A stretch of 64,000 bases of DNA, taken from Lytechinus pictus. Its lineage: Eukaryota. Numbering within the stretch: the stretch's first letter is position 1; the number at the start of each line of letters is the position of its first letter. The stretch lies in contig NC_087251.1 in NCBI RefSeq assembly GCF_037042905.1, positions 23,996,001 to 24,060,000 of the forward strand, in the 5' to 3' direction. A program made the position numbers and the translations under genes. Positions 53,350 to 64,000 of this stretch are shown here, piece after piece. The notes under the pieces were generated by a model. It was not told the origin of the DNA, did no database searches, and saw only the letters and a program-made list of their open reading frames with translations.

Positions 53350-53658
53350 GGCCGGTATTCTGAAGTCGGGTTTAATCTAAACTCTGACTTTAAGTTGTGG
53401 TTTAACTATGGAAAGCCAGTTGTTACATAAATCTATAACAGTAGAGGTTCAATGTATAAGCTCATTTGACTCCCAAAACATTAACTGCCTGGGAAGGATA
53501 AATATGACAGTTGTCTTCACCATTAAAAAATTAGTAAAGAGCACAGTAAACATGAGAAGCATTCACTGTAAACAAACTTTTGAAATGTTTGGCTTCCCAT
53601 AATTTTAGCACAAAGTAAGACCATGGTCTAAGTTTAACGCGACTTCAGAATACGGGCC
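53350..53658. mobile_element. MITE with a 3-bp TSD (Harbinger-like), 309 bp
   Basis: ATA|GGCCGGTATTCTGAAGTCG...CGACTTCAGAATACGGGCC|ATA: a 19-bp TIR with one mismatch. Confidence 0.82.
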
Positions 53659-54347
53659 ATAGAATTCAAGTGAATATTTCAGTAGAGTATTTTTTTCATA
53701 GATAGTGCATTATAAAACACAGATCATAGTCACGCAGTGCTGTTTTTAACCTCCTTATACCAATGCAGCAAGTGTGTATAAGATCTTCATCTTGAGAAGC
53801 TGACCTTTTCTTTATGCCTCAGGAAGTGTTTTCCTACTTCATCGCTTGGTAGCCTCGTCCCAAATGGGAAGTTTAGAAAGTAAATAGTGGGAGACATATT
53901 ACTCAAATTTTGCAGCAGAAGACGTTAGTGCTCATGCATGTGATGTTATGTAATTAGACCAAGGTATGGGTCAAGGTGGTATGCTTTTATAAAAAAGCAA
54001 ATAATATAGAATAGAATATAGAATAGTTACATCTTTTTGTCAATCATTTATTTTCTTTGAGAGTATGTGAAGGAAAGGTGTAAAAATTCTGCAAGAAATT
54101 AATATGAAGCTTGTCTATCTTGTTTGACACAAACATCAGGACATTTTTAAAGGTATTTTTACTTTCTTATAATTGCATTTGATTGAAGCATCTCATATAT
54201 TTTAATTGAATTGGTTATTTTTCTTTATTATCAAGCTTTTTTTAATTCCAGAGTGCATTTACTGGGTTACAACATTTAAACAGTTTTTCCCATGTAAATC
54301 ATGCTTTCTTTGAAATTCCATTCTCTCATCTTAGGTAGATGTGAAGT

Positions 54348-54618
54348 TATGATAATGACAAGGATGATGATTTATGATGAGGAGGAGGAGTAGGAGGATG
54401 ATGGTGATGATTATAATGATGGCAATGGGGATGATGATCATGATGATAATGATGATGATAATGGTGATGATGATGGTGATGGTGATGATGATGGCGATGA
54501 TGATGACGATGATAATGGTGATGGTGATGATAATGGTGATGATGATGACAATGATAATTACGAGGATGATGATGATAACATTGATGAAGATGATATCGAT
54601 GATAATGATATTAATGAT
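54348..54618. repeat. Imperfect (GAT)n microsatellite
   Basis: Read directly from the sequence; explains the poly-Met ORF 54374-54655. Confidence 0.9.
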
Positions 54619-55214
54619 TGCGGATATTTATATTTCCTCTGTCTGGCAAAGATGACAAAAAGATAGATATAGAAAGATGGAGAGGGAAAATGTGATAACA
54701 GGGGAGTGATGTATGAAAAAAAAGAGAGAAGGGAAAGGGTAGCTAGGTCATCAGAGATATAAAGAGAGAGAGTGAGAGAGAAAGAGGGTGGAGTGAAGGG
54801 GAGGGGGGGGGGTGATGGATAGTGACCAAGGAGAGAAAGAAAGAATGACCCACTGAGAGCACAGTTTTAATGCGATACACTGGGACTTCAGCTTTTATTG
54901 GATTCTAAATGCCACATGCAAATGTGTAATATGATTGCTTGGCATTTGCTTCTTGCTGTCCATTACAGCGTTTAGTCAGAGATTTATTTCCCTTACCCGA
55001 CTTTCCACTTTAATTGGAAGGAGGCAAAGAAGACTACACGATATGCCTACTCCACTCCAGCAGACTGATGATGGAAAGTCTAACATAAAAATTCTATGAC
55101 TGGTAGTTGGTTTATATTACTTAACGGTGGAAGTAAATATGGACAGTTACGAATAAGAAATAGCGTAATCTGTTTCATAACTATGATGGGGGGGGTGAAT
55201 TTAGGGTTTATTTT

Positions 55215-55520
55215 CAATTGGTCTAATGCCAGTTTGTCTAATTACCAACTGGTCTACTATCATTTGGTCTACCATCAGTTCATCCCCTATCCACATGGTC
55301 TAAGTGCCATTTCATCCTCTCACCATTTCATCTAATAACCATTTGGTTCAATAGTCATTTAGTCCATTTATCATTTGGTCTCATTGGACTAAAATGTTAA
55401 TTGGGTGAAATGAATGAAAATAAAATGGATATTAGACCAACTGTTATGAGACGAAATGGTCATCAATGAACTGGTGATAAGACAAAGTGATGATTGGACC
55501 TAATGGTTATTTACCAAATT
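55215..55520. repeat. Decayed interspersed repeat with TTGGTCTA / TAGACCAA motif arrays in inverted arrangement
   Basis: Multiple GGTCTA motifs in the left half and AGACC motifs in the right half. Family not identified. Confidence 0.45.
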
Positions 55521-57001
55521 TAGGTACAATGGCTATTTATTCTGCATTTATTATCCCTTGATAACATTTTGTACACAATAGAGTAGCAAGATGTAAGGAT
55601 TAATGATTAATGGTGGATTTTTTCACAGTTTAGCTTCATATTTCCTGGTTGTTGTTTTTTAACCATTTTCTATGTGCATCTTAAAGATCCACCTACAGAT
55701 AGTTTGCAATTTTAAAAAGTGAATGTGATAGACTTGAACCTCTCTCCCTTGCTTATCACTCCCAATTTGGGGCCGAATCAGCTTTATATTTGAAGAGCAT
55801 TCGCTAAGTAAGACCGAGTTGTTTGATAATCGAGACTGAATGGCTATCAGGTGAGTCTACAGAAGACCTGAAGGGATTGGTTTAAACAAAGTCTCCACTG
55901 TTTATTTCCATCTTCTTTCCAGCCCCATTATTCTCCATCTTAGATTCCCCTGTTGGCATTGTTATTACAGTCCCATGCCAGAAGCTACTCCCAAACACAG
56001 TATTGATTTATCACGACTAATTTTTTATCTTGTCTCTTCAATATATTCCTGGTCACCCGGAGAAGTACATGTAGGTGGTTTGTAGTTGGGTTCTGATCAC
56101 ACCTCTGCGCCATGTGTTATTTATCGTTATGTTTATCTCGGGATTTCATCTTAAAAAATGATGTAAAGTAAACTACCATGCATGAAGTATTTTTACAACC
56201 ATACATTTGGGAAAGACCTATCAGTTTTCACATTTAAAGAGAAGTAGGTTTGAATGAAGAAGCAGCATGGTGATGTTTAACAAGATTTTTTAAATGAATT
56301 TGGATATCACAATATGATAGTGACAATTGAATTTTTTGTCACCTGTCAACTCCAGTATACAATGTAGGCCTACTCATTAAGTTAAGAATAAATTTAATGA
56401 AAAGGAATAAATACTGAAAACCAATTTTAAAGAAATGTTTTTCAAGCTCTAAAAGCAGCTTACTCTACTGTTGGGACATGTCTTATTTGTACATGATATT
56501 AATTAAGAATGGATTTAAAAGAAGACCCAAATGCTTTACACACTGTTAATCATTCAACAATTAGGTTTTGGAATATATGTTTAGTTTGTTAATATGCAGA
56601 TGATATATTTGACATTCCATCAGATGGTTTTCATGTGGAGTAATTTAGAGCAGATTGCGCCTGTGTGTGATTAACGGGTGTGTTTGTACCATACGAAACG
56701 TTGCACAATCATGCAATCGTTAAAATGATTTAGCTGCCGCCGATAATTATGATAGAGTGTGTGTTTAAATTGGCAAGAGACGAGTTGCGCAAACATGGTG
56801 TTTGATCATCGTTGCGAGGAACATCTGTCACCGTAGACCCTCGTCATGTGACAATTTTTTGTTGTTTATTTGTCAAATGCCCTCAAGCAGTGGCCATGAG
56901 TATGCAATTGTTATGGGCTTTGGTCTTGCTAATTTGGTCTTGCTGATAATCATTATACAAAATTTATTATTATCTTAGCTGACACCTTGGTTGAACTTTA
57001 T

Positions 57002-57283
57002 TATAATAATAATATGTCAATTTATATAGCGCTGTTACTATGTGCATATACTCAACTACTTGGTATCATATCATTAACCCGGCCGTAGCTGAGCCACCAT
57101 ATCAGTGCTAAAGCATCAAAGAATAAATCCTACTGGGTACCCATTCACCTCACCTGGGTCGAGTGCAAGACATTGTGGATAAATTTCTTGCTGAAGGAAA
57201 GAAAACATGTCATGGCAAGGATTCAAACCCACAACCCTCTGTGTGAAAGTCAAGAGTCAGAACCACTAGACTACGACGGCGCC
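57002..57283 (-). mobile_element. tRNA-derived SINE with a Deu/Nin-like central domain and an L2-like tail
   Basis: Minus-strand head GTAGTCTAGTGGTT (A box)...GGTTTGAATCC (B box). The central GGGTACCCATTCACCTCACCTGGGTCGAG (+) resembles the Deu/Nin domain as I recall it. Tail is GCGCTATATAAAT...(TTA)n. Confidence 0.72.
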
Positions 57284-60200
57284 CATTGATTGATAAAACT
57301 AAAGTATGATTTTTTAATCATATCTTTTAAAGTTTAGGTAAAAAATGTCCCAGTAAGAAAATAAGAAGAAAAAGGATGGTCAACTCATATGACATAAGAC
57401 CTCAATCGTTTAAAAGATGGAGGATTTTTAACAGTAAGAATAGTACAAATTGTAGACTTTTTCATTTTTACATTTTTAATAAAAGCTCCTTTAAGATGAA
57501 AACTACAAAGTTTAAAAACATTTTGTCATTTTGATATTGATATTAAAGCTTGTATGTAATTTCAACTTTTCAGAAAAAAAGCCAGCATTATGTTTATTAA
57601 TGCATTCATCATGCAATACATTGATTGTTTGAAGAAGAGGCAAAATAAAGGCATGAATTTCAAAATTTGCAAAGTAAAACAAAGTTGTTCATTATTCACA
57701 AAATTATTTTCTCTCCTTGTTATATCTACAGGTTCATGCAAAAGTCTACCTCACACAACCTATTTTTGTCTAGTTTTACATAGGTTAAATTAAATATTTC
57801 ATATCGCTACAAGCCATGGTCACTCTGAAGAGAACTTAATAGGCAGTAAATGAAGCATCAGAGTTTTTGAAAAGTGGGGAGAATAATCTTTGCATGTTGA
57901 AGCCTAAGGCAGATCAAGTACGGCAGTGGACCAGTGGCGCCATGCCCTATACCTACCCGATCTATTGCCTCTACTTGAGATGTCAAAACCTCCCCGTTTT
58001 CATGAATAATGGAGATTATGTCGGGAGGACGAGGCGGCGGTGAGTAGGAGAATGACTAAATTAGGCCCGCAATCTGATGAATAACTTGAGATTTCTGATG
58101 TAAAAAGTCAGTTATAGATTTCAGTTTCTTTTAGGAAGGTTTGCGAAGTGCTTGGATGTAGCAGTCAGCATTTGATAGCAGTAAGATCTATTAAAGAATG
58201 TCATTGATAGAGAGTGTGGTTTGCTCTTTACCACATGATTCATATCTCAAAAGCTTCCAGGGCATTGACACATTGTAAGACTATATGGGTTAATGTCCTT
58301 CTAGTCGTAGGGATAGAGTTTACTGTTGCCTTTAAGGTGCTCATTGGAGAGAGAGAGAGACTCTAGGTTTCTTTAGACTTTTCCGTAGAAAATCTGCACA
58401 TAAGCCAAAAATGAAATTGAAATCTTAACCTGAACCTAAAACTTATACGATTCTTGTCTTAAGATAATTCTTATTCAAACAGACCAACCATGTCACAATT
58501 CAAACACCAACCCTATATTGTTCAGAAAATGAAACAAGATAAATTGTTATAAGGAGGCATGTTGACTTAGGGCTGAGGTTATGATAGTCATACAGACTCA
58601 GTGGTAATAAGGTTCCATCGGTGGCAATCCCTGTTCATATAAGCCATATTAGAGTGGAATTCTTTTTTATTATGATTTTCTCCAGAAGGGTAAATATTGA
58701 TATCTTTTCATTTTCAGATTCATGTTGATACTTTTAAAATTAAAGAAAAGCTACATGTAATCATGGTTAGAGGCTTTAATATTTATGTACCTGTGTATGG
58801 TGCAATGATATGGGGGAAGGAACCTCAGGGCATACATTCTAAAGCCTTGGATTCAAGTTCAAGTACGCCATTCCCAGGCCAAAATTACACCCTCAAGGGA
58901 TCTCAACACAGAGAGAATAGCTGTATGAGAAATGGAGCAATCTTCTACGAATAATGAGCGGAAAAAATTTACATAGATGGAGCCAAAGAGAGAGAAAGTG
59001 CTCTATGCGAAAATGAAACCAATTACATTTGCAATTTAGATTGATGTCATGTTCACACTCCCATGAAACTCGAATTGTAATTTAACAATGAATGGATGCA
59101 CTTTGCAATCTTTTGCAGCTATTCATTCTGTTCACTTCGAAGCTGGTGTTGTGGGAAAGGTTCGAGGCAAACATTTGTGTATAGTCCCATTCATACACTT
59201 CTGTGTGTAGTTCATGCGACCCAAATCAAAATTAACTGAATTTTTGGTGATCCAAAATTCTTACAGCAGGCAATGACCCTCAGTTGCCTAATTCATATTT
59301 CCTAATCATTTTTGAGATATTTTGTTTTTCTAAAATTCAATCTCATGACCAGAACCTTTGATTATCTTTAAATGAGTGATATGGTACTATTTGAGTCTTT
59401 AATGTTTAGGTCTGTTCATTCCAGAGAAAGAATGCAGAGAAAGTACCCATTACTGTGTACCATTGCAAAGTAAAAAATAAAGATTGAAGCATACATAAAG
59501 TATTTCAAAATAGAAATAGATCAAGGGATCCATACGGTTTTCAGTAGATGAAGTTATTCATGATTTTGAGCAGTTTATAGTGCAGTTTCTTATGCCGTGA
59601 TATAGCTTTGTTCTTCAATTATACTATAACAATTTCACTCCAAACACATTGCCACTCATTGCATGAATATTTTTAGCACTCTGCAGCTTTTCCAGATCGG
59701 CAGAAGCGACAGAGAATTCCCCAACCCATCAATTCCGTTCCCCCATACTCTAATGTGTGAATACAGGTTTATGAGATATGCTAAGTACATACTTCAGACG
59801 TAATTGCCAAGTGAAGATATGCACATGGCAAAGTGGAAGAGGTGTATTATGACTTTCATCCATATCCCATTTCAGTTATCCAAACAGCTCGCCCTAAAAT
59901 GAGGGACTGCTTTTCTGTTTTCGCATCAACTATTCATGAAAATCTTGCTTGGTTATACACAGGAATATGATACCGGTAGAAGTTGATTAATGCACTGCAC
60001 CCTGCTTCATCGATGATGAATTCTACCACTCATAGTGGAGACATTCTCCTGATATGATTGAGCATCGATAGGGTTAAAATCTCCCTGCATATTGCGTAGC
60101 CTGTTTTTCTTGAGGAGGAATTCTAAAGTAGCATGAAAGAAGCTATTTTTTTCCATATCAGCCTGGCATTACTGATACAGGCATGACGCACATGCCAAAG

Positions 60201-61597
60201 ATTATATGGATATGCTTATTTGGGGCAAATTTTTTTTCCCAGAAAACTGATAGATTTCAAAAGAGATTGAAAATTTCACAGCCGATCACCATTGACTTGT
60301 AAGATTTCTCATTTCCTACATATTATTAGCATTTGAAATGATGAAATTATACTACTTATTAGAGCTACCTTGTTTGTAATAATAGTTTTTAAAATGAACA
60401 CTTTACTGGCCAGTGATTTTCTTCTAAGGCTTGCTCCAACCTATGAGATGTTTTAAGATAAGTTGGTATCAATTATAATATCATGGGTATTATTTGCATT
60501 GTATCTTGCTTCTCTTCCAAGCCTGCATTTTATGCAGCCTTTATAAAAGACATTTGATATGATTTCTATTCGAATATTTTGAAGTTTCACTTAAATTTAT
60601 TGCTTGCATTTTCTTTCAATTTTTTTTCTTTGAAAGAGGTTTTATTTGTGTCGGTTTACTTTGGTTGCTTGTCCATGTCTCTAATGCTAGCAGTCTAAAG
60701 CCCAAGCAGATATTTGTCAAAGCCGTCAATTATAGTTCTGGCCTTTGGGGAACCCTGTTTGAAGACGTTCCGGGTAATTGCCCATAAAAAACGTATTTGA
60801 TTATTCAGTATCAGTTTCAAAGATAATGTATGATTTCATGTTTATATTTGTTTGTTTCTGTAGTGCATGCTTTATACATATCCTATTTCTTGTTTGAAAT
60901 TTAAGTGTTATTTAACTATCAAACTCTCATAAGAATTAAAAGGTGTTAGATTATTGTTGAATACGTTCCAACCAGGGTGGCTCGACTATTACACCTTTTC
61001 GTTGAATTCAGATCATTTGTGTCTCAAAACTGAATGGCTAATACACATTGCATTTTGTGATTTTGTAAAATATTGTGGTTACTCTTACTCTCACATGTAC
61101 CATTTTGTGGTTATCATATTAAGAGGATTTGTTTATAATTTGGCTTCTAACCTGATTCAGGGATATACTCAAGTTAATAGAGATATGATATTTGATGATG
61201 AGAAAGAAAAGGGGAGGGGAATTTGTAAAGCAACTATTGTATGAACTCAAAATTTGAGCCCATAGACACATCCCAAACACAACTCTATGAGGAATTTATG
61301 TTTTCTTACTTCTAAGTCAATTGTATTTGAAATAGTTATTGGTTGCTCGTTCTGGTTTTGGTTGGTTTATAATTTGTGTAAACTTTGGCCTGTTTCTTTC
61401 TTAAAAGAGTTTGAACTCAGTTGAGACTATCTGTGTAATAATAACCAAACACCAGAATCAGTAGAGAAGATTGAGAAAAGGCCATTATGCTGCATCCAGA
61501 TGTTGATTATTTTGTCATAATTGAAAATGTAGCTATTTCACAGGACTTTGGATGTGGATGTAAATGATTTTTCTCCCCTTCATCTTGGAAAATACAG

Positions 61598-61902
61598 GTA
61601 AAACAGCCACATCAGCTACCTTTGACGGGAACACCTACATCAGCCTTAGTCTTGACAAGAAGCAGATCTCAGCCTCTCGGGATGAACTCCTGTTTGAATT
61701 CCGGACCCAGTCTCCTACAGGCCTTATCATCAGTAATGGAGAGCATGACTATCTCTACGTTGCTATGAACGGAGGCAGGATCGAGATAGCTATTAATCTT
61801 GGATCAGGAGAGTATAGAGAGTTTATCTCTGCGAGGAGAGGGCCAGATGGATTCATTGATAACCAATGGCATAAAGTCAGGATTACAAGGGAAAATACAC
61901 AG
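61598..61902 (+). CDS. nrxn: Alpha-neurexin exon encoding the first part of LNS2 (gene continues beyond the window)
   Basis: Acceptor ttttctccccttcatcttggaaaatacAG in phase 1, compatible with 44066. ATFDG..Y, DELLFEFRT, DYLYVAM..G.IEIAINLGSG and FIDNQWHKVRITR match neurexin LNS2. Donor CAG|GTAAGA (phase 0). Confidence 0.9.
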
Positions 61903-64000
61903 GTAAGAATAGCAAAGTTGCTTTTTCAGTGTCAGTATGACCAAAAATACACTGGGTCAAAGAAATTTTGATTGAAAATGTCAATTTTTCATTCATTTAT
62001 TTGAAGACTGATAGTGGAACACATGACAATGACATGAAAAGTGAAACAAAATTATACAAAAATCACAATGTTATTGGTGAAAAGGATGTCTGCTAAGAAG
62101 TGTCAAACCTGGAAAACATTTGAAGGTTAAAAATTGCACCTTTCAAATATAGATCCTCTGTATTTGCATTTTGCAAGAGTACCTTTCTAAATTGCTATTT
62201 GGTTCAATAAAAAAGTTGTTTTTTTTTTATTAAAAGTGAGAAAGTATCACTTAAACACATGTCTATTTGTACCATGATGGGCATTGTTTTGTTAATTTCT
62301 AAATTAGTAAAGCATCATGCAATTGTTACTGCCTATTTTAATTGAGGACAGTTTTTCAAAGATAAAAATATGTAACTACTTACAAAACAGAAAATAATTT
62401 GTTAAAATTCTATGCTCTATGAGTTAGCATCAGTTTAAACTCTGGATTAAACCTAAGGGATGATAATATTCAAATTAAAAAAAGAGGAATTATTCATTTC
62501 TTTCCAAACTGCATCTAATATTAAAAGGTGATAGAAATGGAAGAGAAAGTTTGGATTTAGTTAGTCAAAGCTGGATGTGAATAATCTTCCTGATCAGTGT
62601 CATGTCAGGGCTATCTATCTGTGGGAGTAATTGAATATTAGCCATGGCTCCCTGTGAGTGTGAGTGCGGGGGTACATCTGGACACACGTTAGAAGCAGGT
62701 GCAGGACGGGGAGGCGCCCATCGAGAGAAGAAAACTAATGTTAAAGGCTCACTCATAGGCAGGGAAGTCCATTCAGATATTGCTTTCTTCAGAGAACTAC
62801 TTAGAGATTGTAATTGATAGTGTTGATATATTTTGCCTTGAAGTCATATGTGAACTTTTGAAAAAAAGAGATGACTTATTGTAGATTTATTTTGATGCCG
62901 GGTTTGACTGCAGATTCTTTTTATGTATAGGACGTATTTTTAATGTCTGTTACTGAAAAGGATTTTCATCTAAAAAGATATGTATCAATCAAACATGGAT
63001 TTATTGTTTACTTATTCTAGATGTAAACAGGCAATAATCACCTTTATAGTTATTTTTTTCTTTCCTCTGGAGCATACTTATTTTTTTTTAAATGAAATTT
63101 ATGGGGAGCAAAATATCATTATATATCATATCGTTAGAAATGTTCATTTCTGGTAGAAGTCAATAATTATTTTAAAGAAAGTAATTCTATAAAGACTGAT
63201 TTAAGATGGCGATGAAATTATGCTTCCTTTATTCATTGTTATTACAATACCCGAGTCTTGGTCCTTATCACAAATTACACAGTAAACCATTGTTAAATTG
63301 CATTAAGCTAGAGTGATTATTCTATTTTGATCTTTATGTTACTATACATGTCCTGTAAATCAGTATCTTGCATGCAATTGTATCCAGCTATTCCTGTACA
63401 TTTGCCACTGACTAACTGGTAAATGGATTTATTTTGCTGCTGCAGTATGAAAGCTTCTATTTTTAGTCATATTATCATGCCATGTGTGAACCAGCCGATA
63501 GGATGTAGATGGTGTTTTAGACGTGGCGGCTGAAGTTGGACGTGGTTACATTGACACCATTCTGAGATCTAAATTAAAATTTATTTCAAGAAAATTCTCT
63601 GGTACATCATAGTGACAGTAAACATCACACAAGTGTAGTAACATTTTAGAATTAATTTCCCATTTTTCTTTTGCACTTTATTTTTCTTTTGAAAAATCAT
63701 TAAATGAGATTATTTATGTGGTATTTGTTGTTCCTAATTCGCCAACATCTTACTGCATTATTGGTATTTTTTCTTGATTAAGTCAGCAAATTGTCAATAG
63801 TGTATATTTACATGTATTGACATTATTGTATGAAAATGTACAAAATCTTGCTAAGATGATTTAAAATTCTTTTGAAGTTTTATTAAATGAAGTGGTTTGG
63901 GGGTAGTTTTATACCTATGTCCAGTATATCTGTAATATGATTATATTCAGACCTCTCATTATTTCCCTCATGTGTATATTTGTTACCCCCCAAAAAAATA

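Noticed and set aside
54374..54655. Poly-Met ORF (and the ORFs at 39712-40035, 34116-34412 and 46020-46314)
   Set aside because: Translations of microsatellites or low-complexity tracts.
55782..55856. Exon ending at the perfect CAG|GTGAGT donor (55851)
   Set aside because: The 69-nt version has an in-frame TAA, and the 42-nt open version lacks a polypyrimidine tract. A poison exon cannot be excluded without RNA data.

Overview
AT-rich animal genomic DNA; the repeat types resemble those of invertebrate deuterostomes such as sea urchins, which is inference only. (1) At 377-8624 (+) lies an intact, very young Ty3/Gypsy LTR retrotransposon. It has ~1.2-kb LTRs identical by eye except for one C in a homopolymer, a TACG target-site duplication, a tRNA-Leu PBS, a PPT, a PNMA-like gag with a CCHC knuckle and an uninterrupted PR-RT-RH-IN pol. 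Pol appears to be reached through a U_UUA_AAC slippery site followed by a predicted pseudoknot. (2) The 5' part of an alpha-neurexin gene (+) follows: a signal peptide-LNS1-EGF1 exon (CDS 43328-44066) and an LNS2 exon (61598-61902). The 17.5-kb intron between them hides two frame-preserving candidate microexons (30 nt at 46713-46742, 18 nt at 48973-48990) at the position of vertebrate neurexin splice site 1; the ORF track does not show them as such. The rest is intronic or intergenic sequence with MITEs (Harbinger-like, piggyBac-like, Tc1/pogo-like and one with an 8-bp TSD), two tRNA-derived SINEs and microsatellites. No prokaryotic systems, CRISPR arrays or genuine RNA genes were found.
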